64,000 bases of DNA from Limisphaerales bacterium (GTDB lineage Bacteria; Verrucomicrobiota; Verrucomicrobiia; Limisphaerales; AAA164-E04). The translations under genes were made by a program, and so were the position numbers. The stretch spans positions 3,797,591-3,861,590 of the forward strand of contig OZ242022.1 of NCBI GenBank assembly GCA_965204945.1, given 5' to 3'. Shown here one piece after another: positions 38,311 to 49,000 of this stretch; within the stretch, counting starts at the first letter, position 1; every line of letters begins with the position of its first letter. The notes beneath the pieces are model-generated. The model was not told where the DNA came from. It saw only the letters and a program-made list of their open reading frames with translations, and searched no databases.

Positions 38311-38730
38311 GTGAAACAAGCGATGGAAGAGCTACTCGTCCCCACAAGCGGGCGAGGATTCTACGAAATCACCGGCGAGGTGAGTCGTTGTTTGTCGTTG
38401 CACAAATTCTCTTTGGGATTTATTGCTCTTCACGTTCAGCACACCTCGGCGTCTTTGCTCATTCAGGAAAATGCGGATCCCGAAGTGCGTCGCGATCTGG
38501 AGAGATTTTTTGCCCGGCTTTGTCCGGATGGGGATCGATTGTTTCGGCACACTTGCGAGGGTCCGGACGACATGCCTGCTCATATTCGGACGGCGCTTAC
38601 TTGCGTCAATGTGACGATTCCCGTCAAAGAGGGGATGCTTGCGCTGGGGACTTGGCAGGGCGTTTATCTTTGGGAGCATCGCCTCCGCGCTCATCGTCGC
38701 CGCATCCTTGTCTATCTCTGCGGAGAGTAG
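38311..38730 (+). CDS. YjbQ/UPF0047 family protein (secondary thiamine-phosphate synthase-like)
   Basis: HTSASLLIQENADPEVRRDLE and GPDDMPAHIR blocks are present. Length is 139 aa. Confidence 0.8.
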   Translation: MKQAMEELLVPTSGRGFYEITGEVSRCLSLHKFSLGFIALHVQHTSASLLIQENADPEVRRDLERFFARLCPDGDRLFRHTCEGPDDMPAHIRTALTCVNVTIPVKEGMLALGTWQGVYLWEHRLRAHRRRILVYLCGE

Positions 38731-38776
38731 TCGATGTTTTGCAGAGGATATGCAAACGGAGCGGCGGTAAAACTTT

Positions 38777-39493
38777 GTGAAGATTCTAGCCTCTCATTTC
38801 AGCGATCCTTTGGAGAATTTGGCTTGCGATGAAGTATTGCTGGATTTATGCGACTCCGGCGCCGTCGAATCGGCTCTCCGCTTTTGGGAATCCCAGGAGC
38901 ATTTTGTCGTGTTGGGTTACGGAAACAACTTGGAGGCCGAAGTGAACCGCGCCGCTTGTCTTCAGCGAGGAACTCCGGTATTTCGCCGATGCTCTGGCGG
39001 CGGCGCCGTGCTTCAAGGGAAAGGTTGCCTCAACTATTCTCTGGTAATCTCTTTGACGGCGAATGAGGCTTTGGCGACGGTGGACGGAGCCAACGAATTC
39101 GTTATGCAACGGCATCGCAAGGTAATGGAGAAGTTGATTGCGGCGCCGGTGTTCGTTCAAGGGCATACCGACCTCGTTGCAGACGATTGCAAGTTTTCCG
39201 GGAACGCGCAGCGGCGAAGGAAGTCCAGCCTGCTCTTTCACGGCACTTTTTTGATGGATTTCGAGATTCCACTGATGGATCGGCTCTTGTTGATTCCCTT
39301 GCGCGAGCCAAGTTATCGATTGGGACGTTCCCATTCCCGTTTCACCCGAAATCTGCGACTGCCCCGAGAGCAAGTCGTCGCCGCGCTGCGCGAGCATTGG
39401 GAGGCGGAAGAGGAGTTGGAATCCTTTGACTTTGCCGCCGTGCGGTCGGTTGCTTTGGCTCGACGCGGCGATAAGCGATGGTGTTGTTTGTAG
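38777..39493 (+). CDS. lipoate/biotin protein ligase family (LplA/LipB-type BPL domain) protein
   Basis: RRCSGGGAVLQG and KFSGNAQRRRKSSLLFHGTFLMDF resemble the LplA catalytic-domain blocks. Confidence 0.65.
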   Translation: MKILASHFSDPLENLACDEVLLDLCDSGAVESALRFWESQEHFVVLGYGNNLEAEVNRAACLQRGTPVFRRCSGGGAVLQGKGCLNYSLVISLTANEALATVDGANEFVMQRHRKVMEKLIAAPVFVQGHTDLVADDCKFSGNAQRRRKSSLLFHGTFLMDFEIPLMDRLLLIPLREPSYRLGRSHSRFTRNLRLPREQVVAALREHWEAEEELESFDFAAVRSVALARRGDKRWCCL

Positions 39494-39536
39494 AAAAAAT
39501 TATACGAATTGTTCGCCGAATAGTTGTTTCATAACA

Positions 39537-42500
39537 ATGCGTTCTTGCTTGATAACAACTAGAAGACTGGCCGCCGGCCTTGCGGGTTCGCTGTTCGGGG
39601 TCGCGCTTTTGACTTGGGGATGGATTTCGGTTTGTTCAGAGCCTATCATTTCCGAGTTTCTTGCCTCGAATGCAACGGGATACAGAGATGACGACGGCGA
39701 CCGAAGCGATTGGATTGAACTGCACAATCCCGATTCGACGGATATCAATCTTGAGGGTTGGTTCCTCACCGACGACCGCCAAAATCTGCAAAAGTGGGTT
39801 TTCCCTTCCACACCGTTGGTCGCCAATCAGTATGGACTCGTCTTTGCTTCGGGGAAAGATCGATCTCAACTGGGGGCTCCTCTGCACACAAACTTTCGAT
39901 TGCGTTCAGAAGGAGAGTATTTGGCTTTGGTAAATCCGCAGGCGGAAGTCGTCTTCGAGTTTGCCCCTCAATATCCGAAGCAATTCTCCGATGTATCCTA
40001 TGGGGAACAGGCGAATTCGGAAACCGCGCCGTCTAATGGATTTATGTTCTCTCCTTCCCCAAGGATGCCCAATCGTATGGTGGTGCGAAGAGTCTTGGAT
40101 TCGCCGGTATTTTCGGTTTCCAGCCGGCTGTTTGTGAACAATCTGGAAGTGCGTCTCTCCAAACCGAACTCCGCGCCCGAAGACTCCGTCATCCAATACA
40201 CCCTCGACGGCAAGTTTCCCGGCAATGACTCGCCTCTGTATGTCCGGCCTCTAATTCTGGATCAAACGACCCAACTGCGCGCCCGATTGTTGGGAATCGA
40301 CGGAAGCGCAAGCCCCGTAGTAGGCGAGTCTTACATTCAGTTGCATCGAGAAACAGCCGGATTCACTTCGGATTTGCCTTTGATTGTCTTGGAGAATTTT
40401 CAAGGCGGGAGGCCGCCGCAAAATGCCTTTCAACCCGGCTTCATGGCCATAATAGAAAAAGGAGCAAACGGCCGATCCGCCTTGTCGGAAACGCCAAAAA
40501 TATCCACGAGAGTGGGTTTGAAGGTGCGAGGCTCCAGCACAGCCGGCCGGCCAAAACCATCCCTCTCCCTAGAAGCATGGGATGCTTATGATCAAGGCCG
40601 AGGCATTGCCCCGCTTGGCTTGCCCCGGGATCCCGATTGGGTGCTTTGGGGGCCTTACAACTTTGATTTGACGTTAATGCACAACCCTTTCATTTACGAG
40701 TTGAGCAATCAGATTGGACGCTACGCGCCGCGAACCCGCTTCGTGGAAGTGTTTTTCAACATGGGCCGAGGCCCCCTTCGATCCAACGACTACTTTGGCG
40801 TTTACGCGCTGACGGAGAAAATCAAACGCGACGGAGATCGCGTGGATTTGGACGAGCTTTTTCCCGAACACGATCGCGAGCCGAATGTTACCGGAGGATA
40901 CTTGCTCAAAATCGACCGCGCAGACCCCGGCGATTCGGGATTCCGAGCAGCCGGGCAGACTTTGCGTTACGTCTATCCCAAAGAAAAAACCATCGAACAA
41001 CCCGACCGGAAAGCGCAAAAGGATTATCTAAATCAATTTTTTGCCGCAATGGAACGATCTTTGAGTAGGAGGAATTTTAGAGACCCGCAACGAGGCTACG
41101 CCCAGTTCATCGACGTCGGCGCCGCCCTTGACCACCACTTGCTTAACGTTCTAGCCTTGAACGTCGATGCCTTTCGGCTGAGCGGATACATGTTTTTGCC
41201 CCGAAACGGCAAACTGACGTTCGGGCCGATTTGGGATTTTGACCGAGCGCTGGGTTCCACAGACGGCCGCGATGCCTTCCCAAGCGCTTGGCGCGGGAGA
41301 GGCCAAGGAGGGACCGATTTTTTCAATTATCCTTGGTGGAAGCGAATGTTTCAGGACGTTGACTTTTTTCAAAAGTACATCGACCGCTTTCAAATCTTGC
41401 GGCGGCAACAATTCAGCGACTCGCACATCAACCAAATCATTGATCAAATGGCGGACGAGTTGCGCGAGGCGCAGGAGCGAAATCTGGACCGTTGGAAACA
41501 AAATCCCCGCAGACGCTACGGACGCAGCTACCAAGGCGAAGTGGATCACATGAAAGACTGGTTGGCCGAGAGAATCCAATTCATGGAAAGCCAGTTTGTC
41601 GATCCTCCGATCTTTAGATTTAGAGCCGCAGGCCGTGCGGATCCGGGCAATTTGCTTCGTTTGACATCCCCAGAAGGCGGAGACATCTACTACACGCTTG
41701 ACGGAAGCGATCCTCGCAAGCCGGGCGGCGACGTTTCCCAATCGGCACGAAAATACTTAAGCCCCATCGCATTGACCGAAAGCGCGAAAGTGACTGCACG
41801 GGTGCGAAATCAGGGACACAAAAGCCTGACGGGCGCCAACAATCCGCCGCTTTCCAGTCAATGGTCGGGACCGGTTTCTGCCCTTTACTCTCTGGATAAA
41901 CGCCCGCAACCCGGAGACCTGCGCATTGCGGAACTGCACTACAACCCCTTGCCTCCGAGAGCCAAAGAGTTGAAATCGCATCCAAACTTGCAAGCCAGAG
42001 ACTTTGAGTTTTTTGAGCTGCAAAATCAAACCAACCAACAATTGGAACTGGCCGGCTTGCAAATCACCGGCGGCGTTTTCTTTGCCTTCCCATCAGATGA
42101 TTCGAACCTCTTGACTCCCGGAAAAAGCGCAGTTCTCGTTGGAAACCAAGAGGCCTTTGCGCTTCGCTACGGCCTTGTGGATGCGCTGGTTGTGGAATAT
42201 CGCGGCGCGCTTGATGACGATGCGGACGAGATACAAGTTGCAAGCCTGGACGGGATTGAGTTGATTCGAGCGGCTTATAGCGATGAACGGCATCCGGCAA
42301 CCGATGGCCACGGATTTAGTCTAAAACCTTTGGCAACGGCAAATCCTGAAATGTTAGGCGTTTTGGATTGGGCGGCCGGCTTTCAAATAGGAGGCAATCC
42401 CGGAATGGCGAATTCTTATGGAACCAATCGCTTCGCAGTGCGCGTCAACGAAGTGCTGAACAACTCCGATCCGCCGGAATTAGACGCAGTGGAACTGGCA

Positions 42501-43655
42501 AATTTCGGCGACGAAACCACATCCATCGGAGGCTGGTATTTGACGGACGATCTGCGGGTTCCGCGCAAATATCGCATTCCGGCGGGAACGACAATGGAAC
42601 CGGGAAGTTTCTTGGTTTTGGATGAAACCGATTTCGGGCAGTCCACCGAAGAGAATATCGGCTTTCGATTTAGTTCGCTGGGCGAAGAAGTCTATTTGTT
42701 TGCCGCTTCCAACGGGGAGTTGCAAGGCTATGCCGACGGCTTTCGATTCCGCGCGCTTCCGCCGGGCCAAACCCAAGGGCCTTGGATGGGAATGGATGGG
42801 AAACGCCATATTGTAGCCTACCAATCTCCCACTTTGGGCGCCGCCAACTCAGATCCATTGATTGCCCCGATAGTCATTTCAGAAATTTTTGCCACCCCAC
42901 AAAGAAAGCCAACCACCGCAACGGAATCGGATTTCGAGTTTGTGGAAATCGTCAACATCCATTCCTCCGCCATAGCCTTGCGCGATGCGGAAAACAGCAA
43001 CGTCGGCTGGCGAATTCGAGGCGGCATCCGTTTTGATTTTCCCGCCCAATGGGTTTTAGAACCCGGAGAGCGTTTGTTGATAACGCCCTTTGACCCCAAT
43101 GCGGAAAGGAGGCAGTTGGCCGCATTCCAAAACCATTGGGGAATTTCCCATTCCGTCAAAGTGGCGGGGCCGTTTCTCGGACGACTGGAAAATTCCGGCG
43201 ATTCTATTCTATTGGAGCGACCGGATTTCCAATTGTCTCCAAAGGCAAACGAAGATGGCGAGATTCCTTTTGTGATGGTGGACTTCGTCGATTATCTAGT
43301 TTCCGATCCTTGGCCGATGCCGGCTTCCGCGAACGAATCTTTGCAACGAATTCGAAACAACCAGTTTGGCGGCGATCCTTCCAATTGGCTTTACGATTTT
43401 CCAACGCCGGGCAAACCGCGGAAGAATCGGGCGCCGTCCATTTTCTCTATTTCCATAGAAAACGATGGCGTTCGGCTGGAAATCGCCTTCAACGATGCCG
43501 GCGCGTATTCTGTGCAACGAACTACTCAACTAAACGGCCAATGGGAAGAAATGCAACAGATTGTTATAGAATCGGAAACCAGTTCGATAGTCGAAGTGAA
43601 AGACCCATCCCCGCCGTTTAGCCAACAGTTCTTCCGCGTAGTTTTGTTGCCCTGA
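39537..43655 (+). CDS. giant secreted CotH-kinase-family protein with multiple lamin-tail (LTD) domains
   Basis: Several LTD-type starts are present (ISEFLASN...DWIELHNP; IAELHYNP...FEFFELQN; VNEVLNN...AVELANFG; ISEIFATP...FEFVEIVN). A central CotH-like region includes YFGVYALTEKIKRD and GPIWDFDRALG. The start was trimmed to ATG 39537, which gives a TM/signal segment. Confidence 0.8.
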   Translation: MRSCLITTRRLAAGLAGSLFGVALLTWGWISVCSEPIISEFLASNATGYRDDDGDRSDWIELHNPDSTDINLEGWFLTDDRQNLQKWVFPSTPLVANQYGLVFASGKDRSQLGAPLHTNFRLRSEGEYLALVNPQAEVVFEFAPQYPKQFSDVSYGEQANSETAPSNGFMFSPSPRMPNRMVVRRVLDSPVFSVSSRLFVNNLEVRLSKPNSAPEDSVIQYTLDGKFPGNDSPLYVRPLILDQTTQLRARLLGIDGSASPVVGESYIQLHRETAGFTSDLPLIVLENFQGGRPPQNAFQPGFMAIIEKGANGRSALSETPKISTRVGLKVRGSSTAGRPKPSLSLEAWDAYDQGRGIAPLGLPRDPDWVLWGPYNFDLTLMHNPFIYELSNQIGRYAPRTRFVEVFFNMGRGPLRSNDYFGVYALTEKIKRDGDRVDLDELFPEHDREPNVTGGYLLKIDRADPGDSGFRAAGQTLRYVYPKEKTIEQPDRKAQKDYLNQFFAAMERSLSRRNFRDPQRGYAQFIDVGAALDHHLLNVLALNVDAFRLSGYMFLPRNGKLTFGPIWDFDRALGSTDGRDAFPSAWRGRGQGGTDFFNYPWWKRMFQDVDFFQKYIDRFQILRRQQFSDSHINQIIDQMADELREAQERNLDRWKQNPRRRYGRSYQGEVDHMKDWLAERIQFMESQFVDPPIFRFRAAGRADPGNLLRLTSPEGGDIYYTLDGSDPRKPGGDVSQSARKYLSPIALTESAKVTARVRNQGHKSLTGANNPPLSSQWSGPVSALYSLDKRPQPGDLRIAELHYNPLPPRAKELKSHPNLQARDFEFFELQNQTNQQLELAGLQITGGVFFAFPSDDSNLLTPGKSAVLVGNQEAFALRYGLVDALVVEYRGALDDDADEIQVASLDGIELIRAAYSDERHPATDGHGFSLKPLATANPEMLGVLDWAAGFQIGGNPGMANSYGTNRFAVRVNEVLNNSDPPELDAVELANFGDETTSIGGWYLTDDLRVPRKYRIPAGTTMEPGSFLVLDETDFGQSTEENIGFRFSSLGEEVYLFAASNGELQGYADGFRFRALPPGQTQGPWMGMDGKRHIVAYQSPTLGAANSDPLIAPIVISEIFATPQRKPTTATESDFEFVEIVNIHSSAIALRDAENSNVGWRIRGGIRFDFPAQWVLEPGERLLITPFDPNAERRQLAAFQNHWGISHSVKVAGPFLGRLENSGDSILLERPDFQLSPKANEDGEIPFVMVDFVDYLVSDPWPMPASANESLQRIRNNQFGGDPSNWLYDFPTPGKPRKNRAPSIFSISIENDGVRLEIAFNDAGAYSVQRTTQLNGQWEEMQQIVIESETSSIVEVKDPSPPFSQQFFRVVLLP

Positions 43656-43746
43656 AAAATCGATCTAGTTTGTCCGCTCCTCTTTCCTGTTCATCAGGCC
43701 GGCAAAGCCTCCTCAAGCAATGGAAAGAATAGAAACAATCCCACAA

Positions 43747-43786
43747 CAAAAAACCGCCGAGAAACCAATCTCGACGGTTGTTTTCC
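43747..43786. terminator. bidirectional hairpin terminator between convergent genes
   Basis: The stem ACCGCCGAGA/TCTCGACGGT has one G-U pair and loop AACCAA. It is flanked by an A-run on the left and a T-rich run on the right. Confidence 0.5.
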
Positions 43787-43797
43787 TATCGACAAAA

Positions 43798-44925
43798 CTA
43801 TTTGATGAGCAATTTGTCACCGGTTTTTAGATTGGCGTAGTATGAACGAACGTAACCGAATTCTGGATCATCCATATTGATGAAGCCTTCCGCTGGGATT
43901 TCGTTGATCAAGCGTTCTCGAATGGCTAGAGCTTGTTCTATTGGAATCCATAGCTGATCGGAGTTTTCGTCGTTACCCGTCAAAGCACCAAGGATACATT
44001 CTTCTAAGCTTTCCACCTCTTCTCCCCAAGTGATGTCCCTAGTTTGTGATTGAAACGAGTTTTCGTAGGCTTGAACTTTTTCTTCCCACTCTTTGATTCG
44101 GCTGGCTCTGAGCTCTGCTGTCATCTTTCTTTTCTCTCTTTCGGGGAGGGCTGTGTAGGTATTTAACTGCTCTGGTATTAGCCCTGCCAGCATGTCAGGC
44201 ATGCTGGGTGGAGGAGTTTGGGGAACTTGAGTTGTTTTTGCGTTTTTCTGATAGACATCATCAGGGTCTTGCTTTTTCGCTTGATGATACTTCCGAAGCG
44301 TGTTAAACGTCCATCCAAGATTGACGGTGCTATCCGCTTTTTCTTCTCCGATCTCTTCCTTGACGATGTCGTACAACTGCTCGAACTCTTCGGTGTAAGG
44401 CAGACGGCTTTCATAGAACCTCTGCAGGAAGCTGTGATTTCTAGCCAAACCGAACATTTTCCAGTAATCATCGTCCATCTCTTCTTCCGCTTGCCTCCTA
44501 GTAGGATCGTAAACACTAGAGTCGAAGGTAATTTCTGGATGTGGAGTTGGCTCGAACGGGAATCGATCCACCCAATCTTGCCTGCTCTCCCACCATTCTT
44601 TTTCTGCTTTTTTGCTGGCTAACCGCTCGGCTTCTTTCCGTTTGAGTTCTTCTTCGTAAGCCTCGCCTGCATCGATTTGTTCTTGAGTGACGTAGACTTT
44701 GTTTCCATTCGCATCGAAATAGAACGCGAAGTAGCCATTTTCTAGTTGCGGTGGCTCGTCTACCGGCGGCGAGCCTGCTTCTGTTTGTCGTTCGATTTGC
44801 GGCGTCTCGACGGTTTTTTCCGCTGCTTGTTTTTGCGGAGAGAAAACCGACACCAGCAATGTGACAACGCCTCCGAGTGCGACAACGCCAAATCCGCCGT
44901 AAAGGAATTTATCTACTTTACTCAT
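43798..44925 (-). CDS. hypothetical N-terminally membrane-anchored protein
   Basis: A single long ORF with TM GGFGVVALGGVVTLLVSVF and a charged helical remainder. It starts 20 nt downstream of the preceding ORF. No family was recognised. Confidence 0.55.
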   Translation of the reverse strand: MSKVDKFLYGGFGVVALGGVVTLLVSVFSPQKQAAEKTVETPQIERQTEAGSPPVDEPPQLENGYFAFYFDANGNKVYVTQEQIDAGEAYEEELKRKEAERLASKKAEKEWWESRQDWVDRFPFEPTPHPEITFDSSVYDPTRRQAEEEMDDDYWKMFGLARNHSFLQRFYESRLPYTEEFEQLYDIVKEEIGEEKADSTVNLGWTFNTLRKYHQAKKQDPDDVYQKNAKTTQVPQTPPPSMPDMLAGLIPEQLNTYTALPEREKRKMTAELRASRIKEWEEKVQAYENSFQSQTRDITWGEEVESLEECILGALTGNDENSDQLWIPIEQALAIRERLINEIPAEGFINMDDPEFGYVRSYYANLKTGDKLLIK

Positions 44926-44945
44926 TTTGTTGTTCTTCTTTTTGA

Positions 44946-46175
44946 TTATCGGGCTCCTTTTTCGAAATGTACTACAAGGCGTTTGTACCCGTTATGGATT
45001 CGCACCCATTTCCAATAGCTCCGGGTTCTAGCTCCAGTAATCCCTCCGTTTCCGTCATGGAATTGTACCCACATATTTGTATAAGTGGGTTCGGTTTTAA
45101 ATTTCCGGGAGATGCTGTTGCTAATGTCGGGGCCTTGTGTAATCACTTGGTTTTTTTTTTTTGCAAACCATATAGTTTGTTTTTGAATTTGTGTAGGATT
45201 TGAAGTCAAAGAATTCCTGCCGTGGCCTACAATTCCTAATCTTCCGCTAGACAAGAAATTACGGAACTTCCAGTAAAGTTTGCCTTCGTATGTGTTGGCT
45301 TCAGGGTCTTCGGCATCTGCGTGGCCGAGTGCTGACCATCCATCAGAATCCCATATGCTTTTCATCTCATAGTCGTCGACTTTGCGCTCGAGTGTTCGGA
45401 TGTAAGTTTCAGGTCCAAAGAAGAGGTGATTGCCATAAATTCCTCGCCATATCCTAAGCTCTCTCGCCTTATTTCTTGCGTAAGCGTCTTCTCTGCCGAA
45501 AACAGCTGCATCTTGTTTGTAGTACACTGTGCCATCTGGGTTGCGTCCGAACAATTCCAGCATTGAGTTTTTTACGGTGTATCTTGCAGGTGAGAGAAAA
45601 CGCTCAGCTTCCGCAGTCCGCATAGCTGTTCCGTCGATCCGAGTTCCCACTGGGGAGGTATCCCATTGATGTCCTTGACTAGCGGTTTTTCTTCCAGTCG
45701 TCGTCCAGTTTCTTGACCAACTTTGACTAGCAGGGTACCATGTTTTTCGCTTACGGATTTCCGTGGTGGAATTTCCTGTCCACCAAGCCGCGTTGACTTC
45801 GGCTGTGCCTTCTGCGTCGTCGTCAAGTGTTATGCCTCCATGGTGTTCCAGCAATTTCCTTTTAGTCTCGCTCAATGTTTCATTAATGCCCCAACGGACA
45901 GCGGTCAGAACAACGAAGTAGGTAGCGGAAAGTATCAATTGGAGAGGAGTCGCCTTGGCTTCGTTTTGCGTCACTTTGGTTGGAATCAGCAAAATGCCGA
46001 TGACCAACAGGAAAGTGAGTCCAATCAAGCCAATGCGCTTGCGTGTCCAGCGCGATTCCTTCGCCGTTGCCGGCGATTCCGTTATTTCCGATGCAATTTG
46101 CATGGCTTCTTTGGAGACATTTTTCCCCGCGCTGTTGGCGTGGTCAAGATTAATTTCGTTATTTAATGTGCGCAT
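44946..46175 (-). CDS. hypothetical membrane-anchored, Trp-rich protein
   Basis: A single long ORF with TM IGLIGLTFLLVIGILLI and a second hydrophobic segment. It contains an in-frame A(12) run (45151-45162). No family was recognised. Confidence 0.55.
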   Translation of the reverse strand: MRTLNNEINLDHANSAGKNVSKEAMQIASEITESPATAKESRWTRKRIGLIGLTFLLVIGILLIPTKVTQNEAKATPLQLILSATYFVVLTAVRWGINETLSETKRKLLEHHGGITLDDDAEGTAEVNAAWWTGNSTTEIRKRKTWYPASQSWSRNWTTTGRKTASQGHQWDTSPVGTRIDGTAMRTAEAERFLSPARYTVKNSMLELFGRNPDGTVYYKQDAAVFGREDAYARNKARELRIWRGIYGNHLFFGPETYIRTLERKVDDYEMKSIWDSDGWSALGHADAEDPEANTYEGKLYWKFRNFLSSGRLGIVGHGRNSLTSNPTQIQKQTIWFAKKKNQVITQGPDISNSISRKFKTEPTYTNMWVQFHDGNGGITGARTRSYWKWVRIHNGYKRLVVHFEKGAR

Positions 46176-46614
46176 AAAACGGTCTTTCTTTGCTTAGTTA
46201 CAGTAATGTTTATTCGATAATTTCAAGCCGATGAACAAATAGATAGAGCAAAAAGCGCAAGTTCCCGCCCGTTCGCCAAAGCCAACGGGAAAGAGAATAT
46301 TCGACTCTCCCAGAGCAAAAATCATATTTAAACTGTGATATTCAGCAGGGAGACTCGACAAACGAATCGCCCCATCTATCTATTCAAAACCGAGAAAATC
46401 AAAAATCCAGCTGGAGCGCAAGCTTTTTTTTCAAAAAATCTCAACTTTTTTTGAATTTTTTTCGCAGGCTGGCGAATGCAGGCAAAATTCTGGGTTTTGT
46501 TTGGGTTTTGGCGCGGTTTGTCGGCTGGCGGATTCTGTGGTTTTGGGGATTTTGGGGAGGTTCAAAAAGCGGTCTGAGGCAGCTTAGTAACGGCTTCGTC
46601 TCGGTTTTGTTGAG

Positions 46615-47721
46615 TTATAGTTGGCGGCTTTTGAGAGCGCTGTAGTTGTTGCCGGGGGTTTGTTCGATCAAGCGTTTCATTTCTAGTTGGAGGAGCGCTG
46701 CGCTGATAACGGGCACGGAAAAACCAGATTGGCGAACGAGTTCGTCCACGTGCAAGTCTTCTTCGCAAAGCAGTTCGTAAAGTTTCCGCTCAGAATCGGA
46801 CAATGAACTAAGAGAAGGCGGTTCGGAGGCCTCGCTTTTGGCGGAAGGAAACAAGTATTCAAATTCGCTAAGGATGTCTTCGGCGTTTTCGCAAAGTTTG
46901 GCGCCGTTCTTAATCAGATTGTGGCAGCCTTTGCTGCGCGGAGAGTAAACCGGACCCGGCACGGCGAAGACTAGCTTTCCGCAATCCAGAGCCTGATTGG
47001 CGGTAATGAGCGCGCCGCTTTTTGCGCCCGCCTCCACAACGACGACGCCCAGTGAAATGCCAGCGACGATTCGATTGCGGATGGGAAAGTTTTGGCCCGA
47101 CGGCGGGCGGTCAAAGGGAAACTCGGTAAGGATGGCGCCGCGTTCGATGATTTGTTCAAAGAGTTTTCGATTTTCGACAGGATAAACCCGATTAATGCCG
47201 TTTCCCAAGATGCAAAGAGTTCTGCCTTTGGCACTGAGGGCGCCTTGATGGGCGCCGGAGTCAATTCCTCTGGCGCCGCCGCTGATGACGGTCACGCCGG
47301 CCATGCCTAACTGATAGGCGAGTTTTCTCGCTGTTTCTCGTCCGTAGTTGGAGGTGATGCGCGAGCCGACGATGGAAATGCTGGTGCGGTCGGATTCTTG
47401 AATTTCGCCCTTCACATACAAAACAATTGGCGGGTCGTAGATTTGTCGCAATGGTTCTGGATAAGATTCGTCTAGTTGGGTAAGAACATAGCAACCGAAG
47501 GATTCGCAGTTGGAGACTTCTTTTTTGAGGTCAATTTGGCTTTCCCAGTTGGCAATCGAAGAGGCAATCTCTGGGCCGATTCCATGAATTTTGGCAAGGC
47601 GGCTTTGGCTGGCAGTTAGAATCTTCTCCGGCGCGTCAAACTCCTCAAGAAGGCGGCGCACGGTAACCGGACCAACCTTTTCTAGCATGTTGAGCGCCAT
47701 CATTGCTTCTTGAGAAGTCAT
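46615..47721 (-). CDS. dprA: DNA-processing protein DprA/Smf
   Basis: The Rossmann-like core has VISGGARGIDSGAHQGAL and VVVEAGAKSGALITA. There is a C-terminal winged-helix-like tail. Confidence 0.9.
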   Translation of the reverse strand: MTSQEAMMALNMLEKVGPVTVRRLLEEFDAPEKILTASQSRLAKIHGIGPEIASSIANWESQIDLKKEVSNCESFGCYVLTQLDESYPEPLRQIYDPPIVLYVKGEIQESDRTSISIVGSRITSNYGRETARKLAYQLGMAGVTVISGGARGIDSGAHQGALSAKGRTLCILGNGINRVYPVENRKLFEQIIERGAILTEFPFDRPPSGQNFPIRNRIVAGISLGVVVVEAGAKSGALITANQALDCGKLVFAVPGPVYSPRSKGCHNLIKNGAKLCENAEDILSEFEYLFPSAKSEASEPPSLSSLSDSERKLYELLCEEDLHVDELVRQSGFSVPVISAALLQLEMKRLIEQTPGNNYSALKSRQL

Positions 47722-47852
47722 GGCATTGCATTCATAGTCTTTGGAATGGCGGAGTCAATGAAGAACGCCTATGAACCAATCCTTCTCACGGATTCTTCTT
47801 ATTCCCCACTTGCGCAAACTGCGACAAACATTGCCTATTTTCCCAAAAATCC

Positions 47853-48431
47853 TTGAAAATGCTCCCGATGCAGACGGCGTTTAAAGAATGGGCCGTAGTC
47901 GTGGACGCTTTGATACGCGGCAGGCAAATCGCTATTTTGAGGAAGGGAGGAATTCGCGAAGGGAAGGCGGGATTTCGTGTGAAGGCAAATCGCTTTTGGC
48001 TGTTTCCGACACAATTTCATCAACAACGAGAATCGGTCGTGAAAAGCGCATGGCAACAGTTTCAAGCAGCTCAATCCGCCTTTGGTTGCGAGAAAGAAGT
48101 TCCGATTTATGCGATGGCGGAAATTGCGCAGTCTTGGGAATTGGTGGATTGGTCTCGGATTGCCCGGCTAAACGGCCAACATATCTGGCGGGAATCAGTC
48201 GTCAAAGAGCGTTTTGAATGGGGGCGGAAGAAAGCCCTCTTTGCGTGGATTGTTCGGGTTTATCGGCTGGAGCGTCCGGTTTTGATTCCCGTGATTGCCA
48301 AATACGGCGGATGCCGCTCTTGGATACATCTTGATCCGCCGATGCCCTCCGGAGAAGGTCTGATTCCGGTATTATCCGATGCGGACTTTGCTCGGCAAGC
48401 CTCCCGCTTTCGCCAAATAGTTTGTAAATGA
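47853..48431 (+). CDS. DUF1802-like protein
   Basis: The FKEWAVVVDAL...LRKGGI...FWLFPTQFHQ pattern was recalled from DUF1802 proteins. The stop overlaps the maf start as ATGA. The start codon is uncertain (TTG 47853, ATG 47859 or ATG 47868). Confidence 0.5.
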   Translation: MKMLPMQTAFKEWAVVVDALIRGRQIAILRKGGIREGKAGFRVKANRFWLFPTQFHQQRESVVKSAWQQFQAAQSAFGCEKEVPIYAMAEIAQSWELVDWSRIARLNGQHIWRESVVKERFEWGRKKALFAWIVRVYRLERPVLIPVIAKYGGCRSWIHLDPPMPSGEGLIPVLSDADFARQASRFRQIVCK

Positions 48432-49000
48432 ACGCTCCGATCATTTTGGCGTCGGCCTCGCCTCGGCGGCGGGAATTACTGGAAGCGTTGGGACTTCGTT
48501 TCGAGGTGATTTCCAGTGGATCCAAAGAAATATCGGATCCGCATTCGCATCCAAAAGATTTGGTGTGTCAGAATGCGAAAATCAAGGCTTCCGACGTTGC
48601 GCGAAGGTTTCCGGACCGTTGGGTTTTAGGAGCGGACACCGTTGTCGCCATCGGCAATCGCCTCTTTGGCAAACCCGCTTCACCCCAAGAAGCCGAGACC
48701 ATGCTTGCCGCTTTGCAAGGACGCGTCCATTGCGTTTATACGGGGCTTTGCCTCCTTCATCGTTCGTTGGCGCAGTGCGATGTTTGGCATGAAAAAACGC
48801 AGGTTGGTTTTCGAACCTTGTCGTTGGATCAAATTCGGAATTACTTGAAGCGCATTCATCCTTTGGACAAGGCCGGCGCTTACGCTATTCAAGAGGGTGG
48901 CGAGCGAATCGTTAGTTGGATGAAAGGATCGCTTAGCAACGTCGTCGGATTGCCGTTAGAATCTTTGGAATCCGCGCTACAACGACGGGGCATTCTATAA
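48428..49000 (+). CDS. maf: Maf-family nucleoside triphosphate pyrophosphatase
   Basis: ILASASPRRRELLEALGL, GADTVV and KAGAYAIQE blocks are present. Confidence 0.9.
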   Translation: MNAPIILASASPRRRELLEALGLRFEVISSGSKEISDPHSHPKDLVCQNAKIKASDVARRFPDRWVLGADTVVAIGNRLFGKPASPQEAETMLAALQGRVHCVYTGLCLLHRSLAQCDVWHEKTQVGFRTLSLDQIRNYLKRIHPLDKAGAYAIQEGGERIVSWMKGSLSNVVGLPLESLESALQRRGIL

